This document shows positions 51,490 to 64,000 of a stretch of 64,000 nucleotides of DNA, one piece after another. A model generated the notes under the pieces. The model had not been told where the DNA came from. It did no database searches and saw only the letters and a program-made list of their open reading frames with translations. How positions within the stretch are numbered: the first letter of the stretch is position 1; each line of letters begins with the position of its first letter. The translations under genes were made by a program, and so were the position numbers. The DNA is from Podarcis gaigeae (Eukaryota), in the NCBI GenBank assembly GCA_964106915.2, contig OZ066914.1; one strand, given 5' to 3'.

Positions 51490-51770
51490 AAACTATGAAA
51501 TTCTCTGTCAAAAGGTGTAGTTATGGTCAATAACTTAGATGCCTGAAAAAGAGGAGTAGACAAATTCATGGAGGGTAAGGCTGTGTTCTACCTCCTCTCT
51601 TGAAGGAGTACGTCTCTGGATATGAGCTTCCCAGAATCACAAATGGGGAGAGTGCTGATGTATTCAGGTTCTGCATGGGGGCTTCCCATAAGTATCTGAT
51701 TAGCTACTGTGAGAACAGGATGCTGGTCTAGGTGGACCTTTGGTCTGATCCAGCAGGCTATTCTTATGTT
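51490..51770 (+). mobile_element. CR1 LINE 3' end
   Basis: AAAAGAGGAGTAGACAAATTCATGGAGG...AGAACAGGATGCTGG...GGTCTGATCCAGCAGGCTATTCTTATGTT. Confidence 0.75.
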
Positions 51771-52225
51771 GACTGTTGGACAGTGAATCTGCACAAGCTA
51801 GGCTTGCCCTGAGCTTAGCCTGTGCCTAATTAGGTACCTTACCTGTCTATATAGATGCTGGGGAGAAAGTGTTGCTAGCACAGGTTTACGCAAGCAGCCT
51901 TGTGAGTTAATGATGGGGTGAAGCTGCAGTTTGAGAGTCACATTTATTCTCACAGGAAATGAACAATGTTGGGGGTCCTAGGCTGCCGAGCCCAGTAAAC
52001 TATTGGCGGTTCAAGGTAAGAAGTTTGGTCCCATCTCGTCTGTTTGGTAATGATTACATCTTCTCTTTGATAGAAAGACAGGCCAATCAAACCTCACCCC
52101 TGCAGAGTTGGAAGGAAGGGGACATGCAACATGTGTGAAAGCAGTGGAACCTGTCTGGAGGGTGGGGATGAGGCAGGTGGGGACATAAAGATATTTATGA
52201 AACATATTGCAGTGTTGTTTATATA

Positions 52226-52459
52226 CAGTCATACCTTGGTTTTTGAACAGCTTAGTTCTCAAACATTTTGGCTCCCAAACACCTCAAACTCGGAAGTGAC
52301 TGTTCTGGTTTACAAACTATTTTTGGAAGCTGAACATCCAACGGGGTTTCTGCGGCTTCCGATTGGCTGCCAATCAGAAGCCTTGCTTTGGTTTCCAAAT
52401 GTTTTGGAAGTTGAACGGACTTCCAGAATGGATTCTGGTCGGCTTCCAAGGTACAACTG
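52226..52459. mobile_element. Tc1/mariner (Tigger-like) MITE
   Basis: TA|CAGTCATACCTTGG ... CCAAGGTACAACTG|TA. Confidence 0.85.
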
Positions 52460-52540
52460 TACTACCATCATAGGGATAAATACATATTCTTCTCCATCCA
52501 AATAGGGCTGCTGCTGCCCAGTCTACAGGTGCCTTCACTC

Positions 52541-53006
52541 TATTAAAGCCCTATATGACCTAGGACCCTCGTACCTATGGGACCACCTCTCCTGGTAAGT
52601 CCCACGGAGGACCTTATGGTCTTCAAATAAAAACATCTTGGAGATCCTGGGCCACAGGGAGGCTAGGCTGGCCTCAGCCAGAGCCAGGGCTTTTTCCAAT
52701 CTGGTGGAACGCTCTGTCACAAGAGACCTTGGCCCTGCGGGACATGACATCTTTCCACAGGACCTGCAAGACAGAGCTGTTCCACCAGGCCTTTGGCCAT
52801 GGCACAGTCTGACCCCCTACTTCAGTAATCCTCATAGAACTCTAGCCCAATGGTTGCCATTAATTTGATTCTGAATTGATTTTAGAATGAATTGATTTTA
52901 GAATGTATTTCAATTAATTGATTGTGATTTTATGTAAACTGTGTTGCTTTTACTGTTGTTAGCCGCTCTGAGCCCGGCTTTGGCTGGGAGGGCAGGATAT
53001 AAACAA

Positions 53007-53059
<53 letters not shown>
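52541..53059 (+). mobile_element. L2 LINE (family A) 3' fragment, more diverged than 32906-34589
   Basis: AAAGCCCTATATGACCTAGGACCCTCGTACCTA... aligns with 34081 onward; same 3' terminus and (TTA)n tail. Confidence 0.92.
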
Positions 53060-53990
53060 GGCTCTCCCCATCTTTCCGTACAGCAGTATTGTAAATGGTA
53101 TCTTTTCATAAGTTGTGAACCACAGGAGGGTCTTGGAGATCCTTGTGGATGTGATGGTCTTCAGCGTGACCATGAAATCGTGGTATATGACAACTGAGCT
53201 TTCTTAGGCAAGAAGTCTGCAAGAAGTTGGTAAATTAGGTCAAGAGCCTTGCATGCAGTCTTGTCAAGTCCTGAGTCAGAAGACCACCCTGAAAAAACAT
53301 CCCCATCTCCTATAGCCATTTTGAACTGTATTGAAAGTCCCCTCATATTGAGCTCATCACACCACTCACCCTCTGGGTTTATGGTTGGCTTGGAGCTGGC
53401 ATGGATTGCCAGCTCTATGAATAAATTGCACACATCCTGGTCATGTACAGAATATTGCTATTGTGCCTTTGGGGCCTCTTGAAGCTTCACTTTGCATGCT
53501 CTGGCACAGTGATTTCTGATGCCATGCAAATCTTTCCATATGTTTGACAGCTCCTCCGGGGGCGTTTCCTTTTATGGCATTGACAGATTTTCCTTGGGCC
53601 CAATTTGCCTGTGTATTTGGGGATTGTTTTGCCTGTCTTTACATTTCTCTTGCTCATTTTGTCCCCATCACGTACTAATTGGACAAACAAATGCAGATCT
53701 CTGTGCTCAGTACTGGTCCCTAGAATGAGTTGAACCTGGGCACTTTCCCTTTTGCTGCACAGTACATGACAGTGTATGAGATTTGACGTATGTAATTGCA
53801 AAATGATGTACATCAGAAGAAAGGGGGGGAAGGACGGGTCTTTAGAAATATGCCAGTGGCATCTAAACTGGCTGTTATGAATGACTCTGGGGGGTGATTC
53901 TTAGAGTGATCGTGTTAACACATACTGTATTCACTGATATCACTGGAAAAAAAGATCAAATCCAGGGTTGAAAAACTTTAGGGTAGTGGC

Positions 53991-54148
53991 CATAGCTTCC
54001 CTTTTTTTTGCGGGAAATTCCCTTGTTCCAGCGCCGTTTCCCACTGCTTCCTGCTGCTATCCCGAATTGTTAGGTATCCTGTAGACTGTCCCTGGGGCAG
54101 GTGAGGCTGCTGATCCCTTATTTTCAAATCTGAAAGTTGACAGCTATG
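53991..54148. mobile_element. hAT-superfamily MITE
   Basis: CATAGCT...AGCTATG termini with perfect 8-bp TSD GTAGTGGC at 53983-53990 and 54149-54156. Confidence 0.85.
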
Positions 54149-55299
54149 GTAGTGGCTGAAAATAAAACAGCAGGTCTCCTATTGCCATGATATTCATTTC
54201 TCTTTCCATTTATATAAAATGGCTCCTCCTTTAAGCCAGGAGTGGCTCAACCATGGCTCAGGGGCTGAGCTGACCACAAGAAAAAAATTCTGGCCTCCTA
54301 ACCTGCCCCTCCTTTTTTTCTGGCCCCAAGCCTCCACCAGTTTAGGGAGTAGTAGCAAAAAATGAAAAAAAAAAAAAAACATAGACTGGGTGGGAGAAAG
54401 GCAGGAAGTTTTAAACTTCCATACTCAGGAGCCTTATAAGGACTTTTAGACACACCCACCACTGGCTTGTGGGCCCTGAAGGGCTGGCCAAGGATGAGTG
54501 TGGTTAGTTACCTCTGCTTAAGAATTATGAGTTTACCCACAAATAGAAGGGCAACTTATTTTTATAGTTCTTTGAGAAGCAGAATAATAATTACAGTAAT
54601 AATACATAATGTGTCACTAGAGTAAAGAAAACAAGGGGCTTTACTGTAGCTTTGCATCAGAATTAACTCTAAGAAGGGAGGAATCACTCATCTTCCAGGC
54701 TCTGCCACTTTTGTATGTGTGATATTCATATTTTTATACTGACATTCCATTTCCACATTGAATCTATAATCTATAATATTGAATCTATAATTTTTTTTAA
54801 GAAAATCAATGTTTAAATACAAATAAGCTTTTCAATATGCATTTCTGAATGCATTTTCACCTAAAATAAACATTTATAAATGCACTTCCTTCCAAAACAC
54901 GCATTTTAAAACACAGCTTGGTTTTTATTTTTTTAATTTGAGAACTGTGTTGCGCTGTTTGGAGAAGTCTGAAATTCAATAGATTCACCCCAATCTGCAC
55001 CTTAGTCCACAAGATGCAGAATAAGGTCAATTTTCATCCAAATTCACAAAGATTGGATTCCTTGGGCACCATGGCCTGCTAGTCCCCCCTTTTCAGACGT
55101 TCAGCTAGAGAAGGGGTGGCTCACATTTATAGGCCTGAGGGGCACCCCTCCCCATTACAATCCATCTCGGGGGTCACATGCCTGTGAAAGAATGATTCAT
55201 TTTGCTAACATGCTCTGTGATGAAATGTGCTTCATGGTGTCAGCTGCCCCAGCACTATACATTCTAGGAGCAGATTTGGACTGAGCAATAGATCTATTC

Positions 55300-55694
55300 A
55301 GGTGCTGGCGTATTGTTGGTGCTGACCTTTAAAGCCTTAAACGGCCTCAGCCCATATACCTGAAAGAGCATCTCCACCCCCATCATTCAGCCTGGACACT
55401 GAGGTCCAGCGCTGAGGGCCTTCTGGCAGTTCCTCCACTGCGAGAAGCCAAGTTACAGGGAACCAGGCAGAGGGTCTTCTCGGTAGTGGCGCCCGCCCTG
55501 TGGAACACCCTCCCATCAGATGTCAAGGAAATAAACTACTATCTGACTTTTTGAAGACATCTGAAGGCAGCCCTGTTTCGGGAAGTTTTTCATGTTTGCT
55601 GTTTTATAGCTTTATTATTATTAATGTTAATATTCTGTTGGGAGCCGTCCAGAGTGGCTGGGGAAACCCAGCCAGATGGGCAGGATATAAATAA

Positions 55695-55736
<42 letters not shown>
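55300..55736 (+). mobile_element. L2 LINE (family B) 3' fragment
   Basis: Encodes decayed LVLTFKALNGL..YLKE and RVFSVVAPALWNTLP L2 motifs; GGGAGCCGTCCAGAGTGGCTGGGGAAACCCAGCC terminus and (TTA)n tail. Confidence 0.88.
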
Positions 55737-57452
55737 TGAATTATTAAATTGTGGAGGGAAATGGGGTATGTACGCATGTCCCACCTCCAACACCCTTGTG
55801 CATCCTGGCTTCATTTCCGACCTTTGTGTGTTTGACATGAATATCTGAATGCGGATTCTGAGTGGATTCGGCTGATTATGCAGGGTTCCAGGTCATGAGG
55901 AGGCAGCTGAGAGAATTTAGCTGAATATTCTTTGAAGCCCCCTTTAGACCTTCGTGCTGAATATGCTAAAGTCTGAAGTCGAACACCAGGGTGTGGGGGA
56001 ATGGCGCTTGTGATCTTACCCCATCCTCAATTTTAAGCCCTCATGCATTTGCTTAAATAGGCCATATGAGGTAACCATTTTGATGCCATATGGTCAATGG
56101 TCCGAAAGAACCTCAGCTGCTACCACCAATTAACGCACACATAAACTTTTTGCAAAGCTTTGAGCAGGCACCCTGTCATGCATTGGCCCTCCTCCTGACT
56201 TGCCATACCAGAAGCTCCCAGGCCCTGTGCTTTTAGTTTCTGTTGTTTATTACAAGCAGCAGTCTGCTAACATACTTTTCCTCCCTCCATAAATCATTTT
56301 GTATTGAAGTCCTTTTTGTTCCCCCTCCTCTTCCAGATACTTCTCACCAACTTCATTTGAAAGGGTGGCCCCTGTCACTTTATCTTACCAGTTCATTCCA
56401 CCTCACCTTTCTCTTCCTGTCATAAGAAGGCCTGCCCGAGGACTCTCTAAAATCCCTTGAAAAGATTTTTTTTTCTTATTTGTGTTTTTCTATCTTCACC
56501 GTATGTTTTCCCTGCCAAAAACACAATTCCTTGCTATTCTCAATATTTTTTAAAAGTCTCTTCCATTATCCTTGGAGAATATAGATGTATTCTTTGTGTG
56601 CTCTTTGTACTTTCCATCGAGAACTAACTGCCCACCCCATGCAGCCTGTATGTCCTTAAATTATGGAGAGTGAACACTTACAGTAATTGTGACTGGTGCT
56701 CTTTCCTCACGTCTCTCCTAAATGATATGTGTTCACAGGCAATTACAGAACTATGGAGTTAGAGGACTTTTTCTGAGGTATATCAGCGGCCTCAAGACAA
56801 AGAGGAGGAAGGAGGGCCATGTGTGCTGTACTTTCCTTAACGGGATGCCCTTCAAGAGGGTAGACTTTGGCACCTTGTAAAATTATGACTTTTATTTGGC
56901 CTTTCAGATATGAACCAAGCAAGGCTGTCAACATACACAGTAGTCTTCATTGTGAAGGCACTTCGCTTCGTCTGTCAGCTGTAAACAGCTTAAGAGGCAT
57001 GTCATTCTAGTATTATTATAGCACTCTAAGATTTGTTTTTAGATTGGTTTGTACTTCTTTATTCTTCTTCCCCTGGCAAAGGCTTAGATATATAGATGAC
57101 ATGAGTTATTTACTGCATTTACTGCAAAATGCTATGTGCTCTTTTGTGTAAGTATGAGGCAGTACCATGTGAAATAAAGAGCTGGGACAGTAACCCGTCA
57201 TTACAATCGGATAGCAACTTCTGGTCAGCTCCTAACCTGAAGGAACTCCTACGGATTTAATAGCGGGTTAGGGACAGGTTCAACAGTTGTAGCTTTTCCT
57301 TCCATTGCAGGATTGGGAAAGGCGAAGCCTCGCTGGCTGGCATGCTTCCAGTCACAATGGAAAATGTTGTACAAGGAATTGTTGATTTTGGGTAGCACTA
57401 AAATTAACTTATAAATGTGGTCTCCTGGGTATCAAGAATTTGGATACCCTAC

Positions 57453-57800
57453 TTAGAGATGGGAAAATCTGTCAATTTCAGTTTCTCTTTGTTTCTCATC
57501 CCCCCCCCCCCAAATATTTAGTTCAGTTCTTCACATTTTCACATCACTTTGTGATTTCCCCTCTCGTGAATTCAGCATTTTAGTGCAAATTTATCCTCGT
57601 ATACACATGTTTGCCAACAACTTTGGGTTTTGACCCAATGCATTTGTCTAATATATTGCATTATTTTCATGGATAAGTTTATTCTATGCACATTTTACTC
57701 TTGTATATGCATCTTTGTGTACATTATTTGGCCAGAGAACTGCACAGCAAAATCTGGAACTCTCATTTTTGAAGGATGACCATTTGGGGGGGGGGGGTTT
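57453..57800. mobile_element. Old AT-rich non-autonomous repeat (related segment near 54830-55060)
   Basis: TAGAGATGGGAAAATCTGTCAATTTCAGTTTCTC start; AGAACTG(C/T)...(TCT)GAA...CTCATT segments recur. Confidence 0.35.
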
Positions 57801-59062
57801 GTATTCCACAATAAATAAATCATATACCAAGGCATTTTAAAAAATTGACAGGAGAATATAACATCCTTGGTCTTTAGGGCCTTTGAAATCCTGAAAATTA
57901 ACTGATATTTCAGATTCATGTGTTATATTACAAAACTGGAAAAAAGATGTAAAGTATGACAGACTTTAGCAAGAGATTAGTATTATGTAGCTTGTGTTAA
58001 TGATCAACTGCTTCTGACAGGAAACGGTGCATTAGCATTAAATGACAAAGAGTTGTTCAGGGATAGGGGGAATTAAATAATATGTCTTTTTAATGCCAAG
58101 TTCGAGGTAATCTTTTTGGAATATACTCTGCACAGCTGGAGATGCGCTATAGGTGCTTTTGTACTCCGTTCAGACAACAGATTGGAGCAACTCCCACAAC
58201 TTTTCTGGTGCAAATAGGCAGCAGCTAGCAGTATTTTCACAGGTTTCAATAAGCCCCATGTTAACCGTGTAAGGTCTTTGAAAATGTAGCATGTGAATAC
58301 ACAGCAGGACTGGACTGAAAGGATCCAGGCTCGTTTTGGACTGGGGTTTTCGTACTGTTGCTGCCCTTGAGCTGATGCCTCTTTTTGTTTCGCAGTAAAC
58401 ACAAGTTTCTGTAGGTGTAAACGGCAAGTGATAATAGTCTTTCTCATATGACTGTGCCACAGTCGTTTTATGAAAGCAGACATCGTTTCCCTCTATTGTT
58501 GGTGTTCGCGGCTGAATGCCAATCCTTATCTAGCAAAAACAGCACCACTTTCATACAACATGGTTTTCTTACTATTGTTCCCCTTGACCTAATACTTCAT
58601 ACACCAGCAGGCTCAGGGAAACACCAAGGCTTGCAGAAGTGGAAAGATACTATTTTTGTGGTGGGTAAGTGGGACTAAGGACAGCCCACTGAAGATTGAC
58701 TATATCCATTGAGCATGGAATTCTGTCTGTCTGTAGGGGTGACAACTGGAAGGATGTGGGATGGAATCAAGTAACCTGAGTGTGACCGCCTGGCTGCCTA
58801 GAACCCTGAACAGGAGCACTTGACACGGCAACATTTTGTTGCATGCACTTATTCCTTCTAATAGCAAATTCAGGCGAATCTGTGTCTGCAGGAGCCAGTG
58901 AGAAATAAGACGGGAGGTATCAGCATACTTAGATGAAAACAGCAACTCCGTCCCCTTCCCAGAAGACAGCCCAATGATGCCCAGTGCTGTTGAATGCTGA
59001 GTGTTTGTTGGAAAACAAAAATGGTGGGGTAAAAGAGCCCTTTACAATTTATAGCATGCTGG

Positions 59063-59298
59063 TAAAGGTAAAGGATCCCTGGATGGTTAAGTCCAGTGAA
59101 ACATGACTATGGGGTGCGGCACTCATCTTACTGTTCAGGCCAAGGGAGCCGGCATTTGTCCACAGACAGCTTTCTGGGTCATGTGACCAGCATGACTAAA
59201 CCACTTCAGATGAGTGTCAGAGTGCACAGAAACGCCATTTACCTTCCCGCTGCAGCGGTACCTATTTATCTACTTGCACAGGCATGCTTTTGAACTGC
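59063..59298 (-). mobile_element. 5'-truncated Sauria SINE (divergent subfamily)
   Basis: TAAAGGTAAAGG tail; GCGGTACCTATTTATCTACTTGCAC core; 11-bp TSD TAGCATGCTGG at 59052-59062 and 59299-59309. Confidence 0.88.
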
Positions 59299-60720
59299 TA
59301 GCATGCTGGATAAGGCTAAGGCTGAGTCACTGGCTGGAAACAGGATCCCTCCTGTGAACGTACCTTGCAGCATTTTGTTGCAGGTCCTGCTTGTCTGTTG
59401 AACATCTGGAACTTAAAAATGAATAACTGTTTCACCCAAGGCTCAAAGTTGGGGGGTATGCCATTCCTCTGCCCTGTTCTGGCTTTCTGATCATGACAGG
59501 GAGCTGTCCAGCAGCACCAGAAATCAGAGAGCCTAATGAGGAACTGGAGAAGAGCTGTCGAAGTTAGACGAGAAGCACATCTGTAAAACCTGACAGGCAA
59601 GTGCTGCACTGCTGGAACCGAACTTTGGTTTAGGCTCATTGTTTTCTTTGTTCTTGAGGACCCAGCAGTTATTTGGGGGAGGGGCTCTAGGGGGTGTATG
59701 CATTAGGGGTAACGCATGGACTCAAAGATTTCCATTGTATCTGTATCTATGCTTATATGAAAATTGGAATCTTTTTATAATACGTACTATGCGCTGTTCA
59801 CTTTGGTGGGTACTGAAAAACCCGATGTAAAATGACTTTCCCAATCTAAATGTGAATCTAAGTGCATCTAAGTGAATCTAAAAATGTCTATCACTTCCCC
59901 AGCTTGCTTTTCGCCAAAGTCAATGGAATTTATTTTTAACTACATTGCTCTGTTGTAACAACCACAACCACAACACCAACCAACCAACCAACCAGCCAAC
60001 TGTCAGAGCTCTTCATAAATCCACAGGCAATTTTCTAGATAGCCTATTGGAGGACACAAATAAGCACTGGTAAAGCCAGTGTGAAGCTGCAATTTAAAAA
60101 ATAAAAAATAAACAGACAAAACTTTATACCACTCAGTCACCTAGTAATATTTTAAGGTAAGGAAGAGCAACAGAAAAACTCCTCATAAGGAATTATGAAG
60201 GAAAGTGAATCCTTTCCTATGAGAGGGGGTGGTCCCTGCCTGTTTGAAAGAGGCAGTGGTAAAACCACTCCTTAAGAAATCTTCCCTGGATTAAGAAAAC
60301 CTAACTAACTTTTTGCTTTTACAGAAATCTCCTACTGCCACACTTTAATACAAAAATCAACCCAAAGCTCTTCAGTGCTTTGCAGGCAACATTTTGGACA
60401 GCCTCACTTCTCCCAAAGCCCCTGGACCTAGAGAAACACAGAGAATTAGGAAATCGTAGCACTATAGGATGCAGAAAAGTTCACAAAGAACCAAATGACA
60501 CAAGACTTTGTGGGGTCTCTGATTCTCCCCTGGGGAAGGGGAAGGGTTGCTTTGACTTTAGAGAGTGGAAAGATCCCCCAAAACATTCTGATTCATCTCA
60601 TTATTCAACCCAGACACAGAGCCTATGCAAGCCCCAAGTATCCAGGCCCTGTGGCCTGTTGGTTCCCTGAGTGGGGCATTGTCCATCATGCAGGGTTCCA
60701 TAATGGGGTTTTCTTCTGAT

Positions 60721-60780
60721 AAGAAGAAAGAAGAAAGAAGAAAGAAGAAAGAAGAAAGAAGAAAGAAGAAAGAAGAAGAA
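60721..60780. repeat. Polypurine heptamer repeat (AAGAAGA)n
   Basis: Direct observation. Confidence 0.95.
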
Positions 60781-61127
60781 ATCTGAGTCCAGCCCTTGAA
60801 GCTGGTAGTTTGTAACACCCACTTCTTTGAAAGGATGTAATTAAGTCTAGACTAATCTTCCTTGTTTCACTCAAATGAAATAATCCCACCTCATTTCCAC
60901 CCTTCCTGCTTTTAGCAGCTCACTCCCTAAAATAGGTCTGCTCAACTTGCGGAGCACCAAGTTGGCCTATATGGTGATCCACCAGAGGCTTGATAAAACT
61001 CTTGGTTTGCTGCCTGCCTGGGAATGTGGAGGTGCTGATAATGCATGGTTTCTGGACCGTGTATAGGTCACAAAAGGATGGGTATAATTTATGTGGAAAC
61101 AACTAATTCTAATTCTATGTGGAAACA

Positions 61128-61365
61128 GAGTCTTCTTTTCTGATCACTCTTAGCCAAGTAAGATTGTCTTCCATGAATAAGGTCTTAACGGTGTGTCCGT
61201 AAGTGACTGTGGAGGCCAATTCTGGATCCACATGTCCTTCTGCAGTGGAGGCATAGGTTTCTGGGCAAGAGTTGATCACAGTGAGGATTTGCCAAACATG
61301 CCTTCCTCTTAGCTTGTTTCTCCCTTTCATCCCAAGCTGTGCTTCTTCAAAGTCCATGATGCCTA
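61128..61365 (-). mobile_element. RTE-clade (non-BovB) LINE 3' end
   Basis: Minus strand CACTGCAGAAGGACATGTGGATCCAGAATTGGCCTCCACAGTCACTTACGGACACAC encodes HCRRTCGSRIGLHSHLRTH, an RTE-type C-terminal C2H2 motif; AAG-rich tail. Confidence 0.7.
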
Positions 61366-62477
61366 TGGCAGAGGCAGAGAAATTGCACGGCTTTTGTAGT
61401 CAGGGAGGAGGCTGGGAGGCAGGGTGATGGGTGAGGAGATAAAGGGGGAAAGAAAGAGAAAGATGCCTCCACCACAAGCAAGCGGGGGAAAATAGCTACT
61501 TTAACAAGAATGAGTAGTTGAAGAAAACAAGTATTTTCAATATATTGCAAACAAAATTATCTGCCAAAAGGGCAAGATAATTATCTTAATGTGATTTTTG
61601 ACCAAGATAAATATATCTTATTTTATAAAACCGAGCAACAATTTGAATCTTATGCAAAACATGGAGATAAATCTAAAAAATATGATAATGTAATAAAATC
61701 AAAATTATTAGGGATCACGCTGCCAAACTTGAGGCAGTAAAATCTTTTTAAGTTCCAAGAGAAAATAGGCTAGTAAAATCCAAGTATGTTACTACAGTTT
61801 AATCACTTGACAAATAGCTGCATTGTTTGGGAAGAATGGATAGTGCCATTATTGCAGCATCCCTGTTCATAAATAGTACATTGCTGATTCAACTCTAATG
61901 GATGTCTGCAGAGTTGGTATCAAAGTATTGTCATCATTTCAGTGATCAAGGGAAGAGAGGATTGAACCAAGCCTGTTTATATTACTTCTCCCAGAATGTG
62001 GATTGCAGCACCTCGGAATTCCGTAATGGCCCAAATAAAAGGAAATGTTACAGAGGCTGGAGAGCGAGTCCTTTGGATTTCTTTCAGACATAGAGACAAA
62101 GCATGTGGGTGGGTTATTTGGTGTTTTCAAATTGTCTGATATGTTGCCATTGCAAAAGCCAGGGATAAAGCAGTGAGTTAGGCAAGCAACACAGCTTATT
62201 GGATTAACGGGGGAAAAGAAGGTTCAATGGGAACTCATTGACTCAAGAGATTAGTAATAGAATAAAAGTTGTTTCTATTTCTGTCAAAGGGATGCAGCAG
62301 TTTTCATCAGTTGTGTGTGTGTGTGGGGGGGGGGAGATTGAGAGGAAGGAGGGAGGGCAGCTAATATTCAACAAATGTTTGAGACATGAAAATGGTTGGC
62401 CATAGAGATGGTCACTCACTGTCCTATTCAGCCTGGAATGAGCATGAGGCTTTTTTGAGTGCTCCAACTGAACGCTT

Positions 62478-62478
62478 C

Positions 62479-62510
<32 letters not shown>
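62478..62510. repeat. (CAA)n microsatellite
   Basis: Direct observation. Confidence 0.95.
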
Positions 62511-62870
62511 CCCCACTGTGTGCTGCCTGACTGCTTTAACCTAATGTATGTTGTTGAGCCCTTGGGAGAGGCAGTAGAGGTTTTGATCACAATTCAGGTG
62601 GGCACTGGGGGCTTATAGCAGCTGCGCCCTCCTTGATTCTGCTCACAAGAATTCCAATGGGAAGTGTCCTTATGCGACCACTCTCTGCTCAGATTCCTGT
62701 AGCATTGCTAGTTGGATGGAGGAAGGATTTTAAATTTCACTGCTTTCCTACTTGCTTCCCACCCCACTCCTTACAGAATTCTGGCACATGGAAATGTATG
62801 CTGATGTGTGCTAGGGTTATTCAAACAACCCTGCTGTTCCACACATTTTCCCACAACAAAAATAAAGATT

Positions 62871-62995
62871 AGGGTGGTATTCAACTAACTCATACTCAGA
62901 GTAGACTCTGTAAAATCCATGGACATGTGTTAGTTATAGCTAACCCAAATTCAGTGGGTTTACTTTGAGCATGTGAGTTTAGTCAGATACCATCC
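62871..62995. mobile_element. Old palindromic MITE
   Basis: GGGTGGTATTCAACTAA...CTCAGAGTAGAC / GTTTACTTTGAG...TTAGTCAGATACCATCC inverted arms. Confidence 0.55.
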
Positions 62996-64000
62996 ATAAT
63001 ATCTGAAATCCTTGCACAGGGCTTCTACTGATGGGACTCATGAGTTGAACCCCACCCAATTCCACCACCTGAGGGTTTTTGTTTTTTGTTTAACACCTGA
63101 GGTGTTAAAAGGAAGTGGGATATCCTTAGACAGGCAAAAATGTATTTTTTAAACTATGAAAGGTTGGTAATGGGATAAGGAATTCTTGCCTGAGAGGGAA
63201 AATGATGTAAATGTATCTATATCTCACTGCACCAACACTGAAATACAAATGTAATTCAAGTTGTGTGTGGTTTTGTTTTTTTAAAAATCCAGCAGTGTTC
63301 TCAAGATAGAAATGAAAAGCAGAAACATGTTGCTACTTTTTATCATGTGAAATGTCAATCCAAATTTAATGGAGCAATCCAAACTTGATGGGGCGATTCA
63401 CACTTTCAGGTCTCTAGGCTTATCATGTGGTATGAAGATTTTAGGAATAAATGTGGAGCACACACTGGGCAAATGTGAGAGATCACAATTCTTTAGCATA
63501 TATACACTGTTTGTTTGCTGTCATAGGCGGTCCTTTCACATTTTATGCTGTTCACCGCTGCAAACACCAATTTGGTCCTGCTAATTTCCTTAGCTCCAAT
63601 TGCATTTCGTGGCAATGGATCCCACAGTTTAACTAGATTGCGTAGCAATCTTTTGCTAATTTTAAAAATAGCCACCCTTATATTTCAATGACCCTTGCTC
63701 CATTGTGAAAGCAAAGACCATATGTTTGACACCCTTTACTTTGGAAAGGCTCAAGAAGTCAATCTGCTTCCTCTAGAATAACAGATTTTAAAGGCTAAGG
63801 TCAAAAACTTTAACTTGGTGAGCAGCGATTTTTATAAAGAAGCAATAGCAGAACGGCTCATTTTCTTGTTAGCAGTGTCTTCCTAGTTCATCCCATGCCT
63901 GTCAGTGAGTTAATAGAGCGTCTCAACCCTGTCTCCCTTTGCCCAGTGCCATCCAATCAGCTCCTGCTAGTTAACATTTTAGAAAATGAGCCTAGATGCA

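Larger units (their letters stand above)
51850..53600 (-). pseudogene. Putative decayed Mab-21/cGAS-like nucleotidyltransferase-fold gene (ITPRIP/MiD51/cGLR-like), interrupted by an L2 and a mariner MITE
   Basis: Ordered motifs by eye: DVCNL, AIGDGDVFSGWS (53284-53316), PYLDGE, LIPTLQ, DWPVFLS, SY-L..IVYW, GCLRKPVL/HFLPSI; the frame is continuous across the MITE excision; stops and frameshifts are present. Confidence 0.4.

Overview
Repeat-rich, apparently non-genic squamate reptile genomic DNA. It is most likely from a lacertid lizard, judged from Sauria SINEs with a GGGACG(C/T)GGGTGGCGCTGTGGG head and (TTTACC)n tail together with young BovB and L2 LINEs. I could not identify an intact host protein-coding exon. 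Transposable elements include a young 5'-truncated BovB LINE with a 12-bp TSD (17071-18140, -), a young 5'-truncated L2 LINE with one homopolymer frameshift (~32906-34589, +), other L2, CR1, RTE and L1 fragments, three Sauria SINEs with TSDs, tRNA- and 5S-derived SINEs, Tc1/mariner and hAT MITEs, and a clean solo LTR with a 5-bp TSD (26106-26513). There are also microsatellites, a 131-N assembly gap and several repeat-free blocks dense in homeodomain motifs that resemble conserved developmental enhancers. The most unusual signal is a degenerate, transposon-interrupted reading frame on the minus strand (~51850-53600, possibly extending to ~50790). Its motif order resembles Mab-21/cGAS-like nucleotidyltransferase-fold proteins (ITPRIP/MiD51/cGLR-like), and excising a mariner MITE restores the frame. 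All family names were recognised by eye, not by database search.
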